Shown: positions 30,661 through 39,396 of the stretch, one piece after another
Numbering within the stretch: position 1 is the stretch's first letter
Layout of the letters: every line of letters starts with the position of its first letter
Assembly (NCBI GenBank): GCA_017618435.1
Contig: JAFZUH010000199.1
Coordinates: forward strand, 1 to 59,573
Length of the DNA: 59,573 bases
DNA from: Bacteroidales bacterium
Lineage (GTDB): Bacteria; Bacteroidota; Bacteroidia; Bacteroidales; WCHB1-69
Direction of reading: 5' to 3'
Position numbers and translations under genes: made by a program
Notes under the pieces: generated by a model
Database searches by the model: none
Told to the model about the DNA's origin: nothing
Seen by the model: the letters and a program-made list of their open reading frames with translations, nothing else

Positions 30661-31839
30661 ATGAAAACAAAACGCGTATTTATAGGAATATTCGGAAGAA
30701 AAAACCAAGGGAAAAGTTCACTTATCAACGCACTCACCCGGCAGGATATCGCCATAGTGTCGCCTATGGCAGGCACTACTACCGACCCTGTGAAAAAGAG
30801 CATGGAGATATTCGGCATCGGTCCGGTGGTGCTGATAGACACCGCCGGCATTGACGACGACAGCACCTTGGGACAGCAACGCGTAAGCAAAACCATGGAC
30901 ACCATACCCACCATTGACGCAGGCATAGTGGTATTGACCCACAACGAATTCACCGGCTACGAAAAAGAATTATGTTCCCGCCTTACAGCACATCATATTC
31001 CTTTTCTATTCGTGTATAACAAACACGACCTCTGCCCTGTTACGGACACCTTCCGTGCACAGCTCAGCAGCTACGGCGTGCCGGTGGTTACGGCAAGTGC
31101 CCTGCACGGCTCCGGCATACAGGAAGTGATAGACGCCATAGTGAGCATTACGCCACCTTCCGCCTACAAGGCACACACTCTCATAGGCGACAAAATCCAT
31201 GAGGGCGACACCGTATTGCTGGTGATGCCGCAAGATGAAGAAGCTCCCGAAGGCCGTCTGATATTGCCGCAAGTGCAAATGATCCGCGATATCCTTGACA
31301 ATCACGCCATGGCGGTGTGCATACAGCCGGAAGAATTATCCGCCTGTTTGCAAAAACACACACCCCGACTGGTGATTACCGACAGCCAGGCGTTCAAAGA
31401 AGTAAACGCCATGCTCCCCCGCGAAATTCCGCTGACAGGTTTCAGCATTATCATGGCTCGCGCCAAAGGACATTTTGAACAATATATACAAGGCACTCCG
31501 CATATATCCCGATTGAAAGACGGAGACCGTATTTTAATGCTTGAATCCTGCACACATCCCTCCCGTTGCAACGATATAGGAAGGGTGAAAATTCCCGGCC
31601 TGATACGGAAATTTACAGGCAAACAATTGGAATTTGACATAGTATCCGCCCTTTCGCCCCTGCCGGAATTAACGCCATACGCCATGGCGATACAATGCGG
31701 TGCCTGCATGGTGAGCGACAAACAGGTGAACGAACGCATACAACATATCATCAACCGCCATATCCCCGTTTCCAACTACGGCATGACCCTCGCCTACCTC
31801 AACCATATTTTTGACAGAGCTGTTGAGATTTTTGTTTAG
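30661..31839 (+). CDS. hydF: [FeFe]-hydrogenase maturation GTPase HydF
   Basis: G1 motif GRKNQGKSSLINAL, then GTTTDPV and DTAG. C-terminal Cys/His motifs are ESCTH and QCGACM. The start is M36 of the track ORF. Confidence 0.75.
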   Translation: MKTKRVFIGIFGRKNQGKSSLINALTRQDIAIVSPMAGTTTDPVKKSMEIFGIGPVVLIDTAGIDDDSTLGQQRVSKTMDTIPTIDAGIVVLTHNEFTGYEKELCSRLTAHHIPFLFVYNKHDLCPVTDTFRAQLSSYGVPVVTASALHGSGIQEVIDAIVSITPPSAYKAHTLIGDKIHEGDTVLLVMPQDEEAPEGRLILPQVQMIRDILDNHAMAVCIQPEELSACLQKHTPRLVITDSQAFKEVNAMLPREIPLTGFSIIMARAKGHFEQYIQGTPHISRLKDGDRILMLESCTHPSRCNDIGRVKIPGLIRKFTGKQLEFDIVSALSPLPELTPYAMAIQCGACMVSDKQVNERIQHIINRHIPVSNYGMTLAYLNHIFDRAVEIFV

Positions 31840-31936
31840 CGTAGCATACCTCCGGCATGTGAAAGATAATGTTTATTCTTTCCCTTGCCACAAAAGCCTT
31901 ATTCCTGTTCTTGATTAAGTTATATTTTTGTTGAAT

Positions 31937-33430
31937 TTAAAAATAAATGCCGTTATTATAAGAATAGAGATTAGTGGTTTTCGTTTCGTAAGAAACACAT
32001 TTACGATCAACAATGGTGATTTTTGTTTCTTCTTTGTTAAGCCCCGACCAATCACTCCAATAACAACAGTTTATCTGGATAGTACTCACCCCAAAATTGT
32101 TTTCAACAATTTCCACTTTGGGCAGATTATCTTTTAATAAATGCACTAAATAACGCATATTTAACCAATCACTATTCGGAATGTTTTTATTTATAACATT
32201 TTCTAAATCCGTTTCGTTAAAAACATATTCTTTTCTTCCACAACTCGTATGCCAACAATATGATGGTAATATGACGGATAAATTTACCAATAAAAACAAT
32301 TGCCAAGCACCCATTTCTGTCGGGTTTACACGAATATGTTTATCTATATCTAATTTAGATATCCAAATCTCCTCATTTTTTTCAGGAACATACACAATTT
32401 TATCAATCTCCTTTTGTTCCCATATATGGAATAAATCATTATCCTTCCCGCCAATCATCAAATTAGGGGCATCTTCTTCCATATAATAAGAAGTACTTGT
32501 TGTAATTTTTATCGTACTGCTATCACAAAATTCTATTTCTGTTAATTCGGAAAGTATTTTTTGAACCTCTTTTTTCAAAAAGACATCCTCAATCTGATTC
32601 TCCGAAACTGATTTAACATTTGTTTTCGCACAAAATAGATTGATTAAATCATATTTTACGGAAAAAATTTGCCTGGCTTTTGCTATATAGACATCCTTTT
32701 CATTAAGAATTTCATTGCCAAAAGAATCTTTACTTGGAATATTTACAGGTACATTAAAGGCTCCTGAAACAACCTCACTATTGCCTTGAACGCTATCATA
32801 ACTTCTCCACATAATCGAAGTTTGATTTAAATCTTCTTCTTCACAAATATCCTTTTCCTTATCTACATCAACTATATTCAGCACCATAAAATCAAACTTG
32901 TATAAAAAATACAAAATATTGGATAAACTCCAAGGATGCGATGAAATTTTCAATGCATAAAGAAGCGTATTTGAATAAACAAACTCTTCAAATGACAGGT
33001 CTATTCCTATTGGCATTAGAAGTATTTGAAATATTTTGGCATTCTTAAAATTGAATAAAAATAGTATTTTATTATCTCTTGTATGTGATGAAATTAAACA
33101 AGTATGCGAACAAAAATGAAACCATCTCACCTCCAAGGAATCAATGGATGAATGGGGGAAAATATAATTTTCCCGCCAATTTTTCAAATATTCGCTTGTT
33201 GCGGACTTTCCTCGAATTTCTTTCTTAGAATATAGAATGGTTTGTACATCATTATCCAATAGGTTCTCAAAATCTTCAAATTCTCCTGTTTCCAATGCGT
33301 CCATAAGCGATATGGCTGCCCGAGTGTACATATCATCGGGCAGGTGTCTTTCAACACAGGTTGTAATTTTAAAATTTTTTCTTATAATTTCCAAACACCT
33401 TTGTGCAACCCTGTCAATATCAACTTCCAT
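31937..33430 (-). CDS. hypothetical protein (low-GC accessory gene)
   Basis: 497-aa uninterrupted ORF in the most AT-rich stretch of the window (by eye). No motif recognised. Confidence 0.6.
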   Translation of the reverse strand: MEVDIDRVAQRCLEIIRKNFKITTCVERHLPDDMYTRAAISLMDALETGEFEDFENLLDNDVQTILYSKKEIRGKSATSEYLKNWRENYIFPHSSIDSLEVRWFHFCSHTCLISSHTRDNKILFLFNFKNAKIFQILLMPIGIDLSFEEFVYSNTLLYALKISSHPWSLSNILYFLYKFDFMVLNIVDVDKEKDICEEEDLNQTSIMWRSYDSVQGNSEVVSGAFNVPVNIPSKDSFGNEILNEKDVYIAKARQIFSVKYDLINLFCAKTNVKSVSENQIEDVFLKKEVQKILSELTEIEFCDSSTIKITTSTSYYMEEDAPNLMIGGKDNDLFHIWEQKEIDKIVYVPEKNEEIWISKLDIDKHIRVNPTEMGAWQLFLLVNLSVILPSYCWHTSCGRKEYVFNETDLENVINKNIPNSDWLNMRYLVHLLKDNLPKVEIVENNFGVSTIQINCCYWSDWSGLNKEETKITIVDRKCVSYETKTTNLYSYNNGIYF

Positions 33431-33615
33431 ATTTAAAAATATGCGATAAATCTACATTTATTCTTGCTCCTCATCAATAATTTATGACAGCCGAAGTTAT
33501 ATTAAAACTATCCAAACCACTAATGAGCTTTATTTCTTTTTGTTTTTTACTTTTTAGGTTTCAACCTTAAAAATTGTCTGAAACTTAAATTTTACTCTTA
33601 ATTATCCTCTAAAAT

Positions 33616-34773
33616 CTACTTCCACTCTGTCGATGTTCTCATGGCAAGCATGATAACCTCACCAACCAGTGCCACATTTGCAAGCAAATAATGTTTTTTT
33701 CCTTTCCGATGCCATGTTGTCCCGGCTAATTCGCCCGTCTTTAAAAGTTTTTTTCTTAAATCCCAATTTTCAAAATAGGTAACACTTCCGACAGCAAAGG
33801 CCGTCCCTGTGGGACTAAGATTACATACTATGAGTCCCGCGTCTATATCCAGCCCCAGCCAACACCTTCTGTCATAATATTCCTTGAAACCGGTAATAGG
33901 TCGCTTCTGTAAAAAATTCGTTTTCAATTTTTCGTATTGGTCACGAGCAAAGTCCTCATCAATGAAAGTCAGGTAATAACAATTCAACGCCGAGTAAGAA
34001 CCTTTAATAGGAGATTCTTCGTACATTCCTTCTTTATCACTTGGCAAGAATGAAGCCAACATTCCTGTGTTTTCATCCAACCAATGAAGCTTAGCTTCTT
34101 CTATCCATTTGGAAACTGTAGCATTATACTTACCCCCATATTGTTGCGAATAAATGGACAATGCAACAATGGCCACCAGCATATCCGGTACATATATGCA
34201 CTCTCCCGGATAGGTCGGACAATTCAAGTTTGGACTTTCAAGGATGCGACGGTTCATTGTCTTACAAAGGGAGTGATAAAGTTCGTCATACTTATCGCCA
34301 CCGCCAATATACTTGTAGCCTCCTATCATCCAAGCCAGATGACTAAGATAGGAGATATGACTTTCATTGCCGTCCAAGGTCTCCAACGGATCTTCTCCCC
34401 AACGTTCGCGATCGTATGCCCGCAACTCCGATGACATGACAATCTGTATAAGGCTATCTATACTCGCAATTGCCATCTCTTTGTCTTCACCATAAATAAG
34501 CGTTGTATTCACCAATGCCACCGACAGCATGGAACATGAATATAAGGCCCATTCTCCTTGAAACTGAGGTCCAACCACGCTTGGCATCTCACCAATGAGT
34601 TGCTGTGGATTTGTAATAACTTTCCCCATTAGATAATCCCGCCGTGCAAGAATGTCTGCCTTCTCGCTCTCAAAATCGCCATTGTGTCTTATGGCAATGC
34701 CAACCCAAATGGCTTTCACTATTATGATAACCAAACATACAAGTAAGACTTTCATTGATTTCTTTTTTTTCAT
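33616..34773 (-). CDS. membrane-anchored hypothetical protein (possibly alpha/alpha-barrel-like)
   Basis: N-terminal TM MKVLLVCLVIIIVKAIWVGIAI. The start is chosen at M5 so that its ATG overlaps the ARH gene stop as ATGA (34770-34773). Confidence 0.6.
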   Translation of the reverse strand: MKKKKSMKVLLVCLVIIIVKAIWVGIAIRHNGDFESEKADILARRDYLMGKVITNPQQLIGEMPSVVGPQFQGEWALYSCSMLSVALVNTTLIYGEDKEMAIASIDSLIQIVMSSELRAYDRERWGEDPLETLDGNESHISYLSHLAWMIGGYKYIGGGDKYDELYHSLCKTMNRRILESPNLNCPTYPGECIYVPDMLVAIVALSIYSQQYGGKYNATVSKWIEEAKLHWLDENTGMLASFLPSDKEGMYEESPIKGSYSALNCYYLTFIDEDFARDQYEKLKTNFLQKRPITGFKEYYDRRCWLGLDIDAGLIVCNLSPTGTAFAVGSVTYFENWDLRKKLLKTGELAGTTWHRKGKKHYLLANVALVGEVIMLAMRTSTEWK

Positions 34774-35612
34774 AAACCCCAACACCTCTTAATTTGTTCT
34801 CTCGTGCACCGATATGCAGACACTTCCGCAAAACGAATGATATTTTCCTTATAGTTCGGAGGCAAGTAGTTATCCATATTTTTTATAATTTCGTCCGGCA
34901 TTCCATAGAATGCTTCAGCGATACCGCCTGCAATGCAAGCTTGCGTATCACTATCTCCTCCTAGCGAAACAGCCAAACGAACAGCAGTTTCATAATCATT
35001 GCTTTCAAGGAATGCTATGATAGCTTCCGGAACAGACTCTTGGCAGGTTTCTTTGAAACCATATCTCGGCCTGATTTGGTTACAAGTACGATTAAGGTCG
35101 TATTGAAAGCGTTCTATTATATATCTCTTAATCTCATCCTTTTTCGCTCTATTACGAGCCATATAGATTGCCGCAGCCGCGGCTTGTGCCCCCTTGATGC
35201 CTTCTGGATGGTTGTGTGTGATGCTGGCCGATATTTCCGCCACATGTTCGGTTTCTTCCAATGTATCAAACATCCAGCCAACTGCACTGACACGCATAGC
35301 CGACCCGTTCCCAAAGCTATTGTATGGTTTTCGTTTACCATCCCCTGAAAGTGTTTCCGGCCAGAACAACCATCTCGAGAACATGTCTCCATAGCCTGCA
35401 CGAATCTCTGATTCCCCATATTTTACCATTTTCTTTTCCAACACTTCATGGGAATGTGTTGGGTCGTCCATCAGCCATTCTGCCACCGCCATAGTCATCA
35501 CCGAATCATCGGTGTAGCGACACTTCGGATCAAACAAGTCAAAGACAGTACTTTTAATACCCAAAAACTCAAATCGAGAACCAATGGTATCTCCTGTAAT
35601 TGCTCCTAACAT
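34770..35612 (-). CDS. ADP-ribosylglycohydrolase (ARH/DraG/Tri1 family)
   Basis: 280 aa with GDTIGSRFEF, DDSVMT, GNGSAMRVS and GGDSDTQACIAGGIAEA, the di-metal binding blocks of the ARH fold. Confidence 0.85.
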   Translation of the reverse strand: MLGAITGDTIGSRFEFLGIKSTVFDLFDPKCRYTDDSVMTMAVAEWLMDDPTHSHEVLEKKMVKYGESEIRAGYGDMFSRWLFWPETLSGDGKRKPYNSFGNGSAMRVSAVGWMFDTLEETEHVAEISASITHNHPEGIKGAQAAAAAIYMARNRAKKDEIKRYIIERFQYDLNRTCNQIRPRYGFKETCQESVPEAIIAFLESNDYETAVRLAVSLGGDSDTQACIAGGIAEAFYGMPDEIIKNMDNYLPPNYKENIIRFAEVSAYRCTREQIKRCWGL

Positions 35613-35661
35613 AATATTAGTGTATTGAATTTATAATCAAATAACTTCTAAATTTTTGCTA

Positions 35662-36069
35662 TCATTTTTCTTCGTTTAAATCTTTGTTGACAAAACCAAT
35701 TGGACGATTTTGTTCTTTTTCGGAATACCTCTCTTTGATTTTAGGATAAACATCAAATACTCTTGAAACACTTTCGTTCATGGCATTGTACGATAATTGA
35801 GCTTTTTCTAAAAATTCATTACCTCCACTTATAGCGGTAACATACGAAAACGCTATTCCCTTTTCCGTGGTAACCATTTTTATTTGCGGGTATTCTTGGT
35901 TGATATAATTCGCTAAAACAGACTTTCCTTCAAGACTTATTTTATTCCAATCGTTATCAATATTGCCATAATCAAGAATTTCAATTCTAAATGATTTTTT
36001 TCCTGTTTTCCAAAAATACGCATTATACTTTCTACCATGCATCTGATAAACCAATACACCTTCTTCCAT
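35662..36069 (-). CDS. hypothetical protein
   Basis: The ORF is open to 36096, but the first 9 codons lie inside the tandem repeat. MEEGVLVYQ at 36069 is the preferred start. Confidence 0.5.
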   Translation of the reverse strand: MEEGVLVYQMHGRKYNAYFWKTGKKSFRIEILDYGNIDNDWNKISLEGKSVLANYINQEYPQIKMVTTEKGIAFSYVTAISGGNEFLEKAQLSYNAMNESVSRVFDVYPKIKERYSEKEQNRPIGFVNKDLNEEK

Positions 36070-36079
36070 ATATAATCCC

Positions 36080-36123
36080 CAAAACGAAATGTACAACTTT
36101 TTAAAACGAAATGTACAACTTTT
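36080..36123. repeat. tandem direct repeat (2 x 21-22 bp, AAAACGAAATGTACAACTTTT)
   Basis: Two adjacent copies between the dam terminator and the next gene start. Each contains TGTACA and, on the minus strand, TACATTTC (a near TAnnTTTG box). Confidence 0.8.
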
Positions 36124-36133
36124 GGGATGAAAT

Positions 36134-36169
36134 AAAAAAATGCGTTGTTTGTTTGCAACGCATTTTTTT
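36134..36169 (-). terminator. bidirectional intrinsic terminator after the methylase gene
   Basis: A7-ATGCGTTG-loop-CAACGCAT-T7. Confidence 0.7.
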
Positions 36170-36174
36170 GATAT

Positions 36175-36999
36175 TTAAGCAGCTTTTACAATCATGATAT
36201 CATCATAATTCAGGGCGATTCCTCCAACATGCATCCGGAATATCCGAGCATTATTAAAAGGATTTTCATTAAATTTATTATGAGATATCCATTCAATAAG
36301 TTCCAATACAGAGCTCCTGCTACTTGTAAAATATACGAAATTTGTTTCTTGTAAGCATTTTAATACATCAAGATAATCAGATAGTCGCCAATAATCGGCA
36401 TTGTTATAAGTACTGCAGTCGGTTGAGAGGTATGGCGGGTCAACGATAAACACCACATCCGGAACAAGTTTGAAGCGTTCAAATAATTCTCTATAATCCA
36501 ATGATACCACTTCCACATTTTCAAGATAGCCATCTACTATATAATCGGTTTGCCGAAGTTTATTATATAGCGTTTCTTTTCTAAATTTCTCAAAGTTGCG
36601 GGAATAATTCATGGTAAAATGCAGGTTACTTGATAATGTTATCCAATCAACGTAGCCCGATTTATGCCAACGTTCAACCTCCGCTATTACTTTAGACCGT
36701 GTCGGTTCGTCAATTCGCATTTTGTGAGGAATATTTTCCAATATCGGACGCAATGAATGTAGCATGGCATTGGTTCGGTGGACATTTTGCAGTCGTTCTT
36801 GATAATTGTCATAGTCGTTATATACCACACGGCATTCCGGACGTGCATATTTGACAATATGTGACACAAGCCCGCTTCCTCCGAATAAATCTACGAAGAT
36901 ACTGCCTTTTTTCTGTTGTTTGGCCATTTCTGCAATTTGCTTTGCAAATCTCCTTTTTTGTCCCTGAAATGGCAAGGGAGCGTTTGTATAAGTCTTCAT
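36175..36999 (-). CDS. DNA N6-adenine methyltransferase (Dam/D12 class), orphan
   Basis: 274 aa with the SAM motif FVDLFGGSG and the catalytic motif DPPY (VDPPYLSTD). No endonuclease partner is visible. Confidence 0.85.
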   Translation of the reverse strand: MKTYTNAPLPFQGQKRRFAKQIAEMAKQQKKGSIFVDLFGGSGLVSHIVKYARPECRVVYNDYDNYQERLQNVHRTNAMLHSLRPILENIPHKMRIDEPTRSKVIAEVERWHKSGYVDWITLSSNLHFTMNYSRNFEKFRKETLYNKLRQTDYIVDGYLENVEVVSLDYRELFERFKLVPDVVFIVDPPYLSTDCSTYNNADYWRLSDYLDVLKCLQETNFVYFTSSRSSVLELIEWISHNKFNENPFNNARIFRMHVGGIALNYDDIMIVKAA

Positions 37000-37064
37000 T
37001 AATTATTTTTTTATTTGTTGTATAAAATGGTTTATTTTTCAAAAATTCTTTATATCTTTGCACT

Positions 37065-37183
37065 TCTCTTACCTTAAAATAAAAAAGACCCAAAGTGGCT
37101 TATAGGGCTAACCCCCAGCTGCCATTTTGGGCTTATTGTTATAAAAGAGGTAAGAGACTTTTGTAAAGCTGGGGGCTTTTTTT
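37065..37183. other. highly structured intergenic element (three interleaved 9-10 bp helices, T-runs on both strands)
   Basis: Helix 1 pairs 37065-37074 with 37148-37157. Helix 2 pairs 37089-37098 with 37122-37131. Helix 3 pairs 37112-37120 with 37167-37175 and is followed by T7. On the minus strand helix 2 is followed by T6AT4. A TATCTTTG box lies on the + strand at 37053-37060. Confidence 0.45.
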
Positions 37184-37208
37184 ATGCCATCCCCCTTAGG
37201 CACTTTAA

Positions 37209-37784
37209 TTACATGCGACCATTGATATAATCCGCAAAATCCTGTATGGAAACTTTAATAATGGCACCGTCTTCTCTGACTGCGAGAACATAAGTTAATG
37301 TTTCCCCTCTATTGTATTCTTGTACTTCAGAGACGTCTGCAGGAAATGCCCCAAAATCTTCCGGGGATATTTCGGATTGTATGTCAGTAAGTGATGTGGG
37401 TTTATCTGCCAAATCATCATAAGAACCAGTCTTGGCGACTTTATGCAGTACAATGGCTCCTGCTAAACTTTCGTTTTCTACCTCTTCTTGTGATGTTGAA
37501 GAAGTTGAAAGGGTGCCGACTTCTCCTGCAACGAATCTTGCCACGTTCCATGCCCCGCTGCCGACTCTTATCCTTATATAAATGTCTTCAGCGGAAATTG
37601 GGTAATGCCAACTGCTGCCATCGGCGGAAAACTGTATATCCGCACTTGCTCCGGCTGCACCTTGAAGCGAGGATGCTTTTATACGTATTTCTTCTCCTGT
37701 AGTGGAGTCATAACCTACAAGATAATCTTGTTGTCCTATACTGTTTTTTAATAGAAAATCTCTAAATCTTTTTAATAATGACAT
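37209..37784 (-). CDS. phage tail-fibre-like protein (last gene of the tail arm)
   Basis: 191 aa. HKVAKTGSYDDLADKP is a motif common in phage tail fibres. Confidence 0.5.
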   Translation of the reverse strand: MSLLKRFRDFLLKNSIGQQDYLVGYDSTTGEEIRIKASSLQGAAGASADIQFSADGSSWHYPISAEDIYIRIRVGSGAWNVARFVAGEVGTLSTSSTSQEEVENESLAGAIVLHKVAKTGSYDDLADKPTSLTDIQSEISPEDFGAFPADVSEVQEYNRGETLTYVLAVREDGAIIKVSIQDFADYINGRM

Positions 37785-37795
37785 GATGTTTTTTT

Positions 37796-38098
37796 TTAAT
37801 TTTGTGTTAATGTACTATTACCGTCGTTACTTATAAGTGTATATGAGCTGTCATTGCTCATCAGTGTGCATTCTTGATTGTCTTCCGAGGCACTTGCCGG
37901 GCAGAATTTGTTCGCAGACAAATAATCCGCCACCCGCTGCCGACCCACTTCATCAACTTCTATTTCCGTTCCTACTGTCAATTCTTCTGTAACGGAAATG
38001 TCATTGACTTGGGCGATGTCAAATACGGATTCCATGTCTCCGCTTGCCTGCAATGCCACATCCAATAGTGTCTGCCTGTCTTTTACTTGTTGCTTCAT
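37796..38098 (-). CDS. phage hypothetical protein
   Basis: 100 aa. It overlaps the upstream gene by 4 nt. Confidence 0.5.
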   Translation of the reverse strand: MKQQVKDRQTLLDVALQASGDMESVFDIAQVNDISVTEELTVGTEIEVDEVGRQRVADYLSANKFCPASASEDNQECTLMSNDSSYTLISNDGNSTLTQN

Positions 38099-38946
38099 AA
38101 ATATATGTCTCCTGTTATTTGCATTTTATTGGGATAAGCATGCAGTGGTGTTACAGCTGCATGTTTATAGCATACTATTTTCGCAGTATTGTCTCCATAA
38201 CCTTGAACAATATATCCGGAAGCGACACATCCGTCTGCTGATACCTGTATGGGGTGACAGAAAGTGTTGCCGGTGCTTAAAACTGCTCCGATGATATCTT
38301 TTATTGTTCCGCTGATTGTTATTTCTATTTCATTCGCATCTATTTGAGCTTTGGCAATTTCCAATTCTATATGCAAGTGTTTTTGGAGCATGTTGCGAAC
38401 AAAAGTATTGTTGCGAACTATTGAAAATTGTGACGGCAAGCTAAACGCGTCATTGGCAATTTTTTCTCTCGATAATCCTAAAATATCTTCCAATGTATGG
38501 TATTTCCATGTAGTGTTTTCTCCTGCGGAATAGGTTATGGTGCATTGTTCTTGGATTAAACAATCCTCATAAGTTGTTACTCCATCCGTGCCGATAATGT
38601 CTGTGCTGACATCCGTAGTTGTGAGGACAAAATCGCTTGAATGTTTGAGTAAATTGTCTCTTGCTGACCATTGTTCTGATGAACCGGCCACACCGGTTCC
38701 ATTTACTTTTACTATTTTCCCGACCGCATACAACCGGTTTGGTTGCAGATACATGTACGATACAACCTGTGGCAATCCGTGTAAAATAACGGCGGTTCCT
38801 TGCGGCAAATGCAATCCGTCAAGCACGCGGCTCAACATTTGGAAATTGTCTTCTATGGCCGACAATGTCTCTTTCGTTACCGGATAAATTCCTACTCTGT
38901 TAATATTATTCAATCTGTTCATGATTACTAATTTTGGTTTATTCAA
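38095..38946 (-). CDS. phage distal tail protein (possible receptor-binding protein)
   Basis: 283 aa, placed between the baseplate genes and the fibre-like gene. Confidence 0.45.
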   Translation of the reverse strand: MNKPKLVIMNRLNNINRVGIYPVTKETLSAIEDNFQMLSRVLDGLHLPQGTAVILHGLPQVVSYMYLQPNRLYAVGKIVKVNGTGVAGSSEQWSARDNLLKHSSDFVLTTTDVSTDIIGTDGVTTYEDCLIQEQCTITYSAGENTTWKYHTLEDILGLSREKIANDAFSLPSQFSIVRNNTFVRNMLQKHLHIELEIAKAQIDANEIEITISGTIKDIIGAVLSTGNTFCHPIQVSADGCVASGYIVQGYGDNTAKIVCYKHAAVTPLHAYPNKMQITGDIYL

Positions 38947-39391
38947 AAAATACTATTTCATATTGGGTGCCGGAAAACTTGTATCTATCTACAAGAGCGG
39001 CTATTATTTGTTTTTTGTCCGACAATGCCACCGGAACATATACATAGAACCCTCTATAACCGATGTCATTTTTGCCGATTATTCCCCAAAAACCTATTTC
39101 CTTGGGTTTATATTCTGCATTTTCCCACACTCCGTCTATTACATGATAGGGAGCGTCTGTTATATATATGCCGCTCGTTTCAAGTGTGTCGTTCAGCAAT
39201 TTTTGCAACAATGGCGTTTGGGAATTGTAGGTCAATGCGGTTTCTTCTCTTTCTTTGAACGACAAAAACTGATGATAATACCGTTTTAACGGACGCACCA
39301 TCACTTCTATCAAATCAACTATATTGCCCCGCAATGAATAGGGCAACATACAAACTATCAGTCTCCGAAAATTTAAATCATACTTTGACAT
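38939..39391 (-). CDS. phage baseplate-associated protein (Mu gp48 / P2 gpI position)
   Basis: 150 aa. Assigned by synteny only. Confidence 0.4.
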   Translation of the reverse strand: MSKYDLNFRRLIVCMLPYSLRGNIVDLIEVMVRPLKRYYHQFLSFKEREETALTYNSQTPLLQKLLNDTLETSGIYITDAPYHVIDGVWENAEYKPKEIGFWGIIGKNDIGYRGFYVYVPVALSDKKQIIAALVDRYKFSGTQYEIVFFE

Positions 39392-39396
39392 ACTGC

